From contig CAVTIG010000001.1 in the NCBI GenBank assembly GCA_963734745.1, positions 129,571 to 193,570 of the forward strand: a stretch of 64,000 bases of DNA, written 5' to 3'. The stretch is from an uncultured Solirubrobacterales bacterium (GTDB lineage Bacteria; Actinomycetota; Thermoleophilia; Solirubrobacterales; 70-9). Both the position numbers and the translations under genes were made by a program. Each line of letters begins with the position of its first letter. Position 1 is the stretch's first letter. The notes under the pieces are model-generated. The model did no database searches. It worked only from the letters and a program-made list of their open reading frames with translations, and was not told the DNA's origin. Positions 1-9,500 of this stretch are shown here, one piece after another.

Positions 1-22
1 GAAAAAACGAGCTCGAGGAGGG

Positions 23-1423
23 GTGATGGCCACCGAGCAGCAGATCAGAGACGTAGCCGCCGACGGTACCGGGGCGGGCGCCGACTCACTGACGGTCACC
101 GACAACCGCACGGGCCGCACCTACGAGCTGCCGATCGCCGACGGGACCGTGAAGGGGATGGACCTTCGCCAGATCAAGGTCTCCGAGGACGACTTCGGCC
201 TGATGTCCTACGACCCGGCCTTCACCAACACCGCCTCCTGCCGCTCGGCGATCACGTTCATCGACGGCGAGGCGGGCATCCTCCAGCACCGCGGCTACTC
301 GATCGAGCAGCTCTGCGAGCGCTCGACCTTCCTCGAGGTCGCCTACCTGTTGATCTTCGGCGAGCTGCCGACCGGGCCCCAGCTCGAACGCTGGACCCAT
401 GACATCACCCACCACACCTTCGTCCACGAGGACATCAAGCAGTTCTTCGGGGGCTTCCGCTACGACGCGCACCCGATGGGGATGCTGCTGGCCGGGGTCG
501 GCGGGCTCTCCACCTTCTACCCCGACGCCAACCAGATCGACGACCCCGAGGAGCGCTACATGGCGGCGGTCCGGCTGATCGCCAAGGTGCCGACCCTGGC
601 CGCCTTCGCCTACCGCCACAACATGGGGCTGCCCTACGTCTACCCCGACAACGACCTCGAGTTCGCCGAGAACTTCCTCTCGATGATGTTCAAGAAGACC
701 GAGGTGAAGTACGAGCCGGACCCGCGGCTGTCGCGGGCGCTGGACGTGCTCTTCATCCTCCACGCCGACCACGAGCAGAACTGCTCGACCAGCGCGGTGC
801 GCGGGGTCGGCTCCTCCGACGTCGACCCCTACTCCGCGGTCGCGGCGGGCGTGGCGGCGCTCTACGGTCGGCTGCACGGCGGCGCCAACGAGGCGGTGCT
901 GCGGATGCTGCGGAAAATCGAGTCGGTGGAGAACATCCCCGACTTCCTCGAGAAGGTGAAGGCGCGCGAGGAGAAACTGATGGGCTTCGGCCACCGCGTC
1001 TACAAGAACTACGACCCGCGGGCGCGGATCATCGAGCAGCGCATGGAGGAGGTCTTCGAGGCGACCGAGTACAACGCAGTGGTCGAGATCGCCCGCGAGC
1101 TGGAGAAGCGGGCGCTCGACGACGAGTACTTCACCTCGCGCAAGCTCTACCCGAACGTCGACTACTACTCGGGGATCATCTACGAGGCGCTGGAGATCCC
1201 GGCCGAGATGTTCACGGTCATCTTCGCCATCCCCCGCACCGCCGGCTGGGTCTCCCAGTGGATGGAGATGAACGACGACCCCGAGCAGAAGATCGCCCGG
1301 CCGCGGCAGATCTACACGGGCTACCGCGATCGCGACTACGTGGCGATCGGCGAGCGGGAGGGGCCCGAGAAGATCGTCGGGCCTCCGGCGCGCAGACCAA
1401 AACGGCCGCGGCGCGGCGCCTGA
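23..1423 (+). CDS. gltA: citrate synthase
   Basis: 466-aa ORF preceded by the RBS gaggagggg (14-22). Carries citrate synthase signatures LHADHEQNCSTSAVR and GFGHRVYKNYDPRA, plus a short basic C-terminal tail. Confidence 0.93.
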   Translation: MMATEQQIRDVAADGTGAGADSLTVTDNRTGRTYELPIADGTVKGMDLRQIKVSEDDFGLMSYDPAFTNTASCRSAITFIDGEAGILQHRGYSIEQLCERSTFLEVAYLLIFGELPTGPQLERWTHDITHHTFVHEDIKQFFGGFRYDAHPMGMLLAGVGGLSTFYPDANQIDDPEERYMAAVRLIAKVPTLAAFAYRHNMGLPYVYPDNDLEFAENFLSMMFKKTEVKYEPDPRLSRALDVLFILHADHEQNCSTSAVRGVGSSDVDPYSAVAAGVAALYGRLHGGANEAVLRMLRKIESVENIPDFLEKVKAREEKLMGFGHRVYKNYDPRARIIEQRMEEVFEATEYNAVVEIARELEKRALDDEYFTSRKLYPNVDYYSGIIYEALEIPAEMFTVIFAIPRTAGWVSQWMEMNDDPEQKIARPRQIYTGYRDRDYVAIGEREGPEKIVGPPARRPKRPRRGA

Positions 1424-1471
1424 CGAGCGACTTAGCCGGGGAGGCCAGTTCGTGGCGTACTCTGCGCCCCC

Positions 1472-1789
1472 ATGAGCGATTCCGGCACCGAGATCCCCAA
1501 GGGCAGCTACGCGGCCGGCAACCGGGTCAAGCTGCCGGCCGGCGCCGAGGCCCCCTTTGTCGTCTTCATCAACGGCGTCGAGCAGAGCGAGGGCGCCGAC
1601 TACGAGGTCCGCGGCGGCGAGATCGTCTTCACCCGCCCGATCGTCAAGGAGAAGGTCGGCACCGGCCGCTGGCTGGCGATGTACCTGGGCCTCTTCGGGA
1701 CCTACCGCAAGGACGAGACGATCGACCTCCAGTTCACCCGCAACGACAAGACCGAACTCCGCGACAACCTCCCGGTAGAGCCGAACTGA
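1472..1789 (+). CDS. hypothetical protein (105 aa)
   Basis: ORF with host-like G/C-ending codons between gltA and the REP pair. No domain recognised by eye. Confidence 0.5.
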   Translation: MSDSGTEIPKGSYAAGNRVKLPAGAEAPFVVFINGVEQSEGADYEVRGGEIVFTRPIVKEKVGTGRWLAMYLGLFGTYRKDETIDLQFTRNDKTELRDNLPVEPN

Positions 1790-1846
1790 GCTTCCGCTGT
1801 TCCTTTGCCCTGATATGTGCGGCTAAAGCACAGCGCAGCGGCAGAT
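1788..1846. repeat. REP-like palindromic element, degenerate copy (tandem with the next)
   Basis: The 5' arm CTTCCGCTGTTCCTTTGCCC (1791-1810) is intact. The 3' arm GGCTAAAGCACAGCGCAGCGG is a decayed version of GGGCAAAGGAACAGCGGAAG. Confidence 0.7.
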
Positions 1847-1847
1847 C

Positions 1848-1902
1848 CGAGCTTCCGCTGTTCCTTTGCCCTAAATAACTGGGCAAAGGAACAGCGGAAC
1901 TT
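1848..1902. repeat. REP-like palindromic element, perfect copy
   Basis: TTCCGCTGTTCCTTTGCCC (1853-1871), 9-nt loop TAAATAACT, GGGCAAAGGAACAGCGGAA (1881-1899): a perfect 19-bp stem. Lies between convergent stop codons at 1789 and 1910. Confidence 0.9.
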
Positions 1903-1909
1903 GGTGGGG

Positions 1910-2863
1910 CTACTTGAAGACGTAGAGCAGGGCGAAGGCGATCAGGGCGAAGGCGACTACGCCGGCGATTAGGCCCTTGTCCTCGGCGACGATCGCTGCT
2001 GTGGAGCGGTCGTCGGCTCGGTCGTAGATCAAGTAGAGGTAGCGGAAGATGCAGTAGACGGCCGGCGGGATCGTCCACATCATCTTGTTGCCGATGATCG
2101 GCGAGTTGACCGCGTAGATCGCGTAGCTGATCACGGTGCCGGTGGTGACCATGGCAACCATCTGGTCGAGGAACGGCAGCGAGTAATGCTCCAGCACCGG
2201 ACGGGAGCTGGTTCCCTCGTGCAGCTCGGAAACGGCCTCCTGGCGGCGCTTGGTGACGCCCAGGAAGAGGGCAAGCATGCCGGTGCAGAGGATCAGCCAC
2301 TCGGAGGCGTGCGCGTCGACGGCGCTGGCGCCGGCGGCGACCCGCAGGATGAAGAGGCCGGCCAGGGTCATCACGTCGACGATCACGATCTGCTTGAGGC
2401 CAAGGCTGTAGGCGACCTGGGCTATCCCGTAACCAACCACCATCAGCCCGACCTGCCAGTTCACCGTGGCGAAGGCGAGGCCGATCGCCCCAGCGGCGAG
2501 CAGCGGCGCGATCGTCATCGCCCTGCCCTCCGAAAGCTCGCCGGCCGCCAGCGGCCGGAAGCGCTTCTTCGGATGCTTGCGGTCCAACTCAATGTCAACC
2601 AGGTCGTTCACGTAGTAGCCGGCGCTGGAGATCCAGCAGAAGGCGATGAAGGTGAGGACCGCCGCCAGCACGTCGTGCGGCTGGTTGAACTTGCCCGAGA
2701 AGAGCAGCCCGGCGAAGACGAAGACGTTCTTGACCCACTCGTGCGGCCGCCCGGTCTTGATCGCGGCACGCAGCGGCGAGCGCCGCGGCACAACAGGTTC
2801 CACGCCCTCGTCCTGCCCGGCGCCAGCCGAGACGGTCGAATGTTCGGAAGTGATTGTCTCCAT
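1910..2863 (-). CDS. UbiA-family prenyltransferase, decaprenyl-phosphate phosphoribosyltransferase-like
   Basis: 317 aa, multi-TM. The motif YYVNDLVDIELDRKHPKKRFRPLAAG is typical of the DPPR-synthase (Rv3806c-type) branch. Confidence 0.85.
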   Translation of the reverse strand: METITSEHSTVSAGAGQDEGVEPVVPRRSPLRAAIKTGRPHEWVKNVFVFAGLLFSGKFNQPHDVLAAVLTFIAFCWISSAGYYVNDLVDIELDRKHPKKRFRPLAAGELSEGRAMTIAPLLAAGAIGLAFATVNWQVGLMVVGYGIAQVAYSLGLKQIVIVDVMTLAGLFILRVAAGASAVDAHASEWLILCTGMLALFLGVTKRRQEAVSELHEGTSSRPVLEHYSLPFLDQMVAMVTTGTVISYAIYAVNSPIIGNKMMWTIPPAVYCIFRYLYLIYDRADDRSTAAIVAEDKGLIAGVVAFALIAFALLYVFK

Positions 2864-2911
2864 GCGGCTGGGACGAAGCCGGGAAAGCTACGTCGCGACA
2901 GGGTAGCGCCG

Positions 2912-4384
2912 TTATGGGTCGATCAAGACGCCGGGGTTGAGCATCCCGCTCGGGTCCAGCTCGGCCTTGGCGGCGCGGAGGGCGGCGGCGAAGGGGGCGG
3001 GGCGCTGGCGGTCGTACCAGGGGCGGTGGTCGCGGCCGACCGCGTGGTGGTGGGTGATCGTGCCGCCTCCCTCTATGACCGCCTCGGAGGCCGCCGCCTT
3101 GATCTCCTCCCACTGCTCCACCTCGCCGCCGCGCACCGCCGGGGCCATCACCGTGAAGTAGGGCGCCGGGCCGTCGGGGTAGACGTGGGTGAAGCGGCAG
3201 CTGACCCGCGGCGCCCCCGGTCCCGCGGCCGGCGCGTCGCAGACCTCGGCGGCCTTCGTCCGCGCCGCCTCCATCGCGGCGGCGTGGAACTCCTCGAAGC
3301 GGTCCCAGGTGATCGCCGTCTCGAAGGTGTCGGAGAGGACGCCGCAGGCGACGAAGGTGTCACGCAGGTAAGGAGCGAGCAAAAAGGCGCTGCGCCAAGC
3401 CCCGACGGCGTCGGAGCCCTGGCCGCCGCCGCGCACCTCACCGGGAGCACCCCCATGCTCCCGAGCCACTCCCAGCGCCAGGTCCATCCAGGCGTCCACA
3501 GGGTGGTGGGCGGACTCGAACCCCAGAACCAGCAGACTCTTCTCGCCGGAGCCGGCGCCGGTCGTCCCCGCCTCCAGCGCGTCGAGCAACCGGCAGTTCG
3601 ACGGATACAGACCGGACTGGGAGATCTCGCGAACCGCCCGGGCGGCGGCGAGAAAGTCGTCGAACTCGACCCCGCACGAGGCCTTGAACTGCGGCCGCGG
3701 ACGCACCCGCACCCAGGCCTCGGCGATCACGCCGAGGATCCCCTCCGACCCGATCAGCATCCGGTCGGGCGATGGCCCCGCCCCGGACCCCGGCAGCCGC
3801 CGGCTCTCCCAGGTCCCGCGCGGCGTGATCGCCCGCACCGACTCGACCAGGTCGTCGATGTGCGTGTAGAGGGTCGCGAAGTGCCCGCCGGCCCGGGTAG
3901 CGACCCAGCCCCCCAGCGTCGAGAACTCGAACGACTGCGGAAAGTGCCGCAGGGTCAACCCATGCTCGCGAAGCTGGTCCTCCAACCCGGGCCCCGTAGC
4001 CCCCGCCTGAATCCGCGCCGCCAACGACTCCGAATCGACCTCCAACACCCGATCCAGCCGCCGAAGGTCCAGGGAAACCACCGGCCGATCGCCGGTACGC
4101 GCCTCAACCCCCCCGACCACGCTCGTCCCACCCCCGAACGGCACAACCGCAGCCCCCTCCGCCTCAGACCAGCTCAGCACCGCCTCGATCTCGGACTCGT
4201 CCTTCGGGAAGGCAACGAGGTCCGGCGGATTCTCGAACTCCCCCCTGAACCCCCGCACCACATCCCGGTAGGCCTTCCCCAACGAGTGAGCAACCCGCTC
4301 ATAGTGCTCATCCGAAAACAGGTCCCCGAACTCCGTCGGCACCTTCAACCGAGCCGCCCGAAGCTCAACCCCCTCCAGCGGCAC
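2912..4384 (-). CDS. FAD-linked oxidase (PCMH-type FAD-binding, alkyl-DHAP-synthase-like)
   Basis: 490 aa from the first canonical start (GTG 4384), with core motifs PFGGGTSVVGG and GPSPDRMLIGSEGILGVI. In-frame sequence upstream to 4510 encodes LKHWGWGYEDQAPS, the N-terminal WGWG motif of this family. The true start is therefore probably upstream. Confidence 0.85.
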   Translation of the reverse strand: MPLEGVELRAARLKVPTEFGDLFSDEHYERVAHSLGKAYRDVVRGFRGEFENPPDLVAFPKDESEIEAVLSWSEAEGAAVVPFGGGTSVVGGVEARTGDRPVVSLDLRRLDRVLEVDSESLAARIQAGATGPGLEDQLREHGLTLRHFPQSFEFSTLGGWVATRAGGHFATLYTHIDDLVESVRAITPRGTWESRRLPGSGAGPSPDRMLIGSEGILGVIAEAWVRVRPRPQFKASCGVEFDDFLAAARAVREISQSGLYPSNCRLLDALEAGTTGAGSGEKSLLVLGFESAHHPVDAWMDLALGVAREHGGAPGEVRGGGQGSDAVGAWRSAFLLAPYLRDTFVACGVLSDTFETAITWDRFEEFHAAAMEAARTKAAEVCDAPAAGPGAPRVSCRFTHVYPDGPAPYFTVMAPAVRGGEVEQWEEIKAAASEAVIEGGGTITHHHAVGRDHRPWYDRQRPAPFAAALRAAKAELDPSGMLNPGVLIDP

Positions 4385-4503
4385 CGCCTCCTCGACCTCG
4401 CCCCCGAACCCCAGCCCTTCCCTGATCCCGGCGGCAGCCTGCTCAAGCTCAGTCCTCGAGGGCGCCTGGTCCTCATACCCCCACCCCCAGTGCTTGAGCC
4501 GCC

Positions 4504-6495
4504 TTACCAGTGGACGCCTTTCATCAAGTGCGCAAAAGCCAAGGCCTCGGTGGTCGGAGCTTTGTCGGGAGCCTCTTCCCCTTTCCCCTTCGCGGCCTGC
4601 GACTCCGGAAAGAGCCTGTAGGCCGCGCTGAGGATTGTGTCCGAGAACTTCGGCGCCACGTTGTAGAGCAGCTCGCCGAAGTTGCCCAGCCTCGTCGCCA
4701 CCTTCTTCGGCCGCTCGACCATCGCCTTGGCGATCATCTCGGCCGCCTCCTCCGGGGCGATCGCCGGGAACGCGTCGTACATCCGCGTCGGGGCGATCAT
4801 CGGCGTCCTCACCAGCGGCATGTGGATCGTCGTGATGTGGACACCGTCGTCGATCACCTCCGAGGCGATCACCCGGCTGAACGCATCGAGCGCCGCCTTC
4901 GAGGCCACGTAGGCCGAGAACCGCGGCGGGTTGGTCTGGGTGCCGATCGAGCTGACGTTGATGATGTGGCCCGATTTGCGCGCCCGCATCTCCGGCAGCA
5001 GCGCCAGGATCAGCCGCACCGCGCCCAGATAGTTGAGTTGGATCGTCCGCTCGTAGTCGTGGAAGCGGTCGTAGGAGAGGGCGACCGAGCGGCGGATCGA
5101 GCGGCCCGCGTTGTTGACCAGGATGTCGACCTGGCCGTGGTAGGCGAGCACCTCGCCGGCCATCCGCTCGACGTCCTCGATGTCCGACATGTCGCAGCGG
5201 TGGACGTGGGCGACGCCGCCGGCTCGCTCGATCTCCTCCTTGGTCCCCTCCAGTTTCTCGACCGAACGCGCCACCAGCAGCACCGTCGCCCCGGCGTCGG
5301 CCACCTTCACCGCGGTCGCTTTGCCGATCCCCGACGAGGCCCCGGTGATCAGCACCACCTTGCCCCGCACCGCGCCCGACAGCGAGCGGTCCTTGAACAG
5401 GTCCGGGTCGAGGTTGCGCTCCCAGTAGTCCCAGAGGCGGTCGGCGTAGGTCTCCAGAGGCGGGACCTCGATCCCCGACCCCGCCAGCGCCGCCTGCGCG
5501 TTCGTGCAGTCGAAGGTCGTCGGGTAGTTGACGTAGCGGACAACCGACGCCGGGATCCCCATCTCATTCAGCACCGCCTTGCTGATCCGCTTGGCCGGCG
5601 GGAACAGCTTCAGCCAGGCTCCGGTCAGCGAGATCGCCGAGTCGGTCACCTCGGAGTCCAGCCGCAGCGCCATCTGCGGCGCGTCCGCCGCCCGCGCGAA
5701 GAGGTTGACCACCTCGCCCGCCGACTTCGGGTGCGGGTCGGTCAGGTGGAAGGCCTGCCCGTCCAACCCGGGCTCGTGGGCGATGTGGTCGATCGCCGCC
5801 GCGACGAAGTCGACCGGGACGATGTTGATCTCCCGCCCCTCGAGCCCCACGGTCGGCAGCCACGCCGGCAGCACCCGCCGCGCCCGCTGAAGCAGCTTGA
5901 AGAAGTAGTAGGGGCCGTCGATCTTGTCGATCTCGCCGCTCCGCGAGTCCCCGACCACGATCCCTGGCCGGTAGACCCGCCAGGGCCGTCCGCAATCCTC
6001 GCGCACGACCCGCTCGGACTCGTGCTTGGTCCGGAAGTAGGGATTGGTGTCGAGCTTCTCGGCCTCCTCGAACATGTCCTCGCGCCACTCGCCCCGGTAC
6101 AGCCCGGCGGCGGCGATCGAGCTGATGTGGTGGAAGCAGCCCGCCTCGATCGCCGTGGCCAGCTCCACCGCGTGCCGCGTCCCCTCGACGTTGGCGATCT
6201 CCTGGGCCTCGGCGCCGGCGGTCATGTCGTAGATCGCCGCCAGGTGGAAGAAGTGGTCGACCTCGCCGCGCAGCGTCACCAGGTCCTCCTCGGAGACCCC
6301 CAGCCCTGGCTGCGAGAGGTCGCCGGCGACCGGTACGACCCGTGCCCCGTCCGCTCCCCAGCCGGTCCGCAGCTCCTCCAGCCGGCCCCGCGACCCGGCC
6401 CGGACCAGCGCGTAGATCGTTCCCTCGCGCTTCAGCAGCCGCTCGACGAGGTTGCGGCCGATGAACCCGGTCGCGCCAGTCAGGAAGTAATTCAT
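4504..6495 (-). CDS. bifunctional fatty acyl-CoA reductase-like / short-chain dehydrogenase (AcrA1/Rv3391-like architecture)
   Basis: 663 aa. N-terminal thioester-reductase/epimerase Rossmann domain (YFLTGATGFIGRNL) is fused to a C-terminal classical SDR (VLITGASSGIGKA ... YVASKAAL). Confidence 0.85.
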   Translation of the reverse strand: MNYFLTGATGFIGRNLVERLLKREGTIYALVRAGSRGRLEELRTGWGADGARVVPVAGDLSQPGLGVSEEDLVTLRGEVDHFFHLAAIYDMTAGAEAQEIANVEGTRHAVELATAIEAGCFHHISSIAAAGLYRGEWREDMFEEAEKLDTNPYFRTKHESERVVREDCGRPWRVYRPGIVVGDSRSGEIDKIDGPYYFFKLLQRARRVLPAWLPTVGLEGREINIVPVDFVAAAIDHIAHEPGLDGQAFHLTDPHPKSAGEVVNLFARAADAPQMALRLDSEVTDSAISLTGAWLKLFPPAKRISKAVLNEMGIPASVVRYVNYPTTFDCTNAQAALAGSGIEVPPLETYADRLWDYWERNLDPDLFKDRSLSGAVRGKVVLITGASSGIGKATAVKVADAGATVLLVARSVEKLEGTKEEIERAGGVAHVHRCDMSDIEDVERMAGEVLAYHGQVDILVNNAGRSIRRSVALSYDRFHDYERTIQLNYLGAVRLILALLPEMRARKSGHIINVSSIGTQTNPPRFSAYVASKAALDAFSRVIASEVIDDGVHITTIHMPLVRTPMIAPTRMYDAFPAIAPEEAAEMIAKAMVERPKKVATRLGNFGELLYNVAPKFSDTILSAAYRLFPESQAAKGKGEEAPDKAPTTEALAFAHLMKGVHW

Positions 6496-6561
6496 CGCTC
6501 TCTCAGCCTACCTCCACACTGGCCAGTGCCACCTTTCGCGTTTCATAGACTGGTAAGGATC

Positions 6562-9500
6562 GTGGAGACGGCCACCCTGCAGATCGAGATGCCCGAGATG
6601 GGCGAATCGGTCACCGAGGGGATCGTGCTCGAGTGGCACGTCGCCGAGGGCGACTTCGTCAACGAGGGCGACACGGTCGTCGAGATATCGACCGACAAGG
6701 TCGACGCCGAGGTGCCGGCTCCTACTGCCGGGGTCATTACCAAGCTGCTGGCTCAAGTCGACGACGAGGTGCCGGTTGGGGCACCGCTGGCTGAGATGGC
6801 CCCCGGTGATTCCGGTGAGGGTTCAAGCGGATCGACCGCGGGGCCTGACGCGGCGTCGGGGGGGCCTGCGGGCGGGGGCGGGGCCTCCGTTCTCGGCCCC
6901 CCCGACACCACGCCACCCGCGGGTGTAACCGCTGGAACAGCCAGCGGGACCAACGGGGACGATGGAGTCCGGGCCACTCCAGTTGCTCGTCGCGTTGCTG
7001 CTGAGCTGGGGGTTGACCTTGGCGGACTCGCCGGGAGCGGTCCAGGGTCGAAGGTCACTAAGGAGGACGTGGTCGCTGCGGCGGACGGGGGCGCGGCCTT
7101 GGAGAGGCCTGCAGCTTCTGGGGAGGCGAAAGCTTTGCGGGGGCCGGCCGGGATGCTTGGCTTCGGCTATGAACGAGAGTCGGTCGGTTCCTACGGCTAC
7201 CTCGTTCCGGACCGTTGCCGTCGACGTGCTCGATGCGAAGCGCGGGGCGCTTAATGGGGTGCTGAAGGAGCGGGGGATGAAGGTTTCCTTCACCCATCTG
7301 ATCGCCTGGGCGATCGTCCAGGCCGCCAAGGAGTGGCCGGTGATGGTCCGCACCTACGAGGAGCGGGATGGGAAGCCGTTTGCGCTCGAGGGGGGGCCGG
7401 TCAACCTCGGCATCGCCGTCGACGTCGAGCGCAAGGACGGCTCCCACAGCCTCATGGTCCCGGCGATCAAGGGCGCCGACGGCCTCGACTTCGCCGCCTT
7501 CCACGCCTATTACGAGGACCTGATCACCAAGACGCGGGAGAACAGGCTCAGCCCCGACGACTTCCAGGGCACCAACGTCTCGCTGACCAACCCGGGCGGC
7601 ATCGGCACCGTCGCCTCGGTCCCCCGCCTGATGAGCGGCCAGAGCGCGATCGTCGCCACCGGCTCGATCGCCTACCCGGCCGAGTGGGCGCACGCCGCGC
7701 CGGAGCGGATCCGCCAGCTCGGCGTCTCCAAGGCGATGACGCTGACCTCGACCTACGACCACCGGGTGATCCAGGGCGCCGAGTCCGGCTCCTTCCTGCG
7801 CCGCATCGAGCAGCTATTGCAGGGCGAGGACGGCTTCTACGAGGGGATCGCCGCGAATCTCGGTGTCGAGATCGCGCCGATCGCCGCCGCCCATCCCGCC
7901 TCGGCCTCCGCCCCGCCGCTCGGCGCCGCGCCCGCCCCCGCCGCTGCGGTCCCCGACGAGGAGCTCCTCCAGGCCGTCGAGTCGGCGACCTCCCTGCTGA
8001 AGGGCTACCGCACCCACGGACACCTCGCCGCCCGCCTCGACCCGCTCGGCTCCGCGCCCGAGGGCGACCCCTCGATCCAGCCCGAGAACCTCAACCTCAC
8101 CCCGGAGCTGATGGCGAAGGTCCCCGCCTCGATCCTCCGCATCGGCGTCCCCGGCGAAACCCTGCTGGAGGCGCTGCCGCGGCTGCGGGAGGCCTACTGC
8201 GGGACGATGGCCTACCAGTTCGAGCACCTCTCCTCGCACGAACAGCGGGAATGGATGCGCGAGATGGTCGAGACCGGCGCCCACCGCCGGCCCCTCACCG
8301 ACGACGAGAAACGGCGCCTCCTCGACCGCCTGCTCGACGTCTTCGAGTTCGAGCGCTTCCTCGAGAAGGCCTACCTGGGCCAGAAGATGTTCTCGATCGA
8401 GGGGCTCGACGCGGTCATCACGATGCTCGACGAGCTGGTCACCCTCGCCGGCCGGGCCGGCGCCGAGGAGGTCGTCTTCGGGATGGCCCACCGCGGCCGC
8501 CTCGGCGTCCTCGCCCACAACCTCGGCCGCTCGGTCGAGTCGATCCTCGCCGAGTTCGAGGGCGACAAGCGGATCGACGCGGTGAAGGCCGTCGCCGCGA
8601 TCCCCCACGGGGGCACCGGCGACGTCAAGTACCACCACGGCCACCGGGGCGTCTACGAGACCAGCGAGGGCGAGAGGATCTCCGTCCGCCTCTACCCGAA
8701 CCCCAGCCACCTCGAGTTCGTCGACCCGGTGGTGACCGGCGGCGCCCGCTTCCTCCAGTCCGACCTCGACGGCCCCAGGCTCACCCACGACACGAAGCGC
8801 GCCGTCCCGGTCCTCCTGCACGGCGACGCCGCCTTCCCCGCCCAGGGCGTCGTCGCCGAGACTCTCAACCTCCAGTCGCTGAAGGGCTACAGCACCGGCG
8901 GCACCGTCCACATCATCCAGAACAACCAGGTGGGCTTCACCACCGACCCCAAGGAGGCCCGCTCCACCCCCTACGCGGCCGACATGGCTAAGGGCTTCGA
9001 CGTGCCGATCGTCCACGTCAACGCCGACGACGTCGAGGCCTGCTCGGCGGCGATCCGCCTCGCCATGGCCTACCGCGAGCGCTGGGCGCGCGACATCGTC
9101 ATCGACCTGATCGGCTACCGCCGCTTCGGCCACAACGAGACCGACGAGCCCGCCTACACCCAGCCGCTGATGGCGGCGAAGATCAAGGCCCACCCGCCTG
9201 TTTCGGAGATCTACGCGAAGAAGCTGATCGGCGAGGGGATCGTCAGCGCCGAGGACGTCGAGCGGGCGTCGAAGGAGCGCCACGAGGAGATGTCCGCCGC
9301 GCTCAAGGACCTGCGCCGCAAGATGGACCTGGGCGAGTACGAGGACCCAACCCTGACCACCGTCGGCACCGGCGAGCTGGACCGCACCGCCAGCCCCCCG
9401 GTCGACACCGCCGTGCCGGCCGAGAAGCTCCGCGCCCTCAACGAGGCGCTGCTGAAGGCGCCGGAGAGCTTCACCGTCCACCGCAAGCTGCGCCGCCCGC

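Noticed and set aside
2186-4621. 811-aa ORF on the plus strand. Similar very long ORFs occur at 86-994(-), 7814-10522(-), 11716-14511(+), 14962-16581(-), 23294-25951(+), 34084-35898(-), 37011-38846(-), 42300-43373(-), 49636-51297(+), 50948-53143(+) and 55941-57587(-).
   Set aside because: All lie antisense to, or out of frame with, genes that have clear conserved-domain text. Their translations are low-complexity Arg/Gly/Pro/Ala strings typical of stop-codon-poor shadow frames in very GC-rich DNA.
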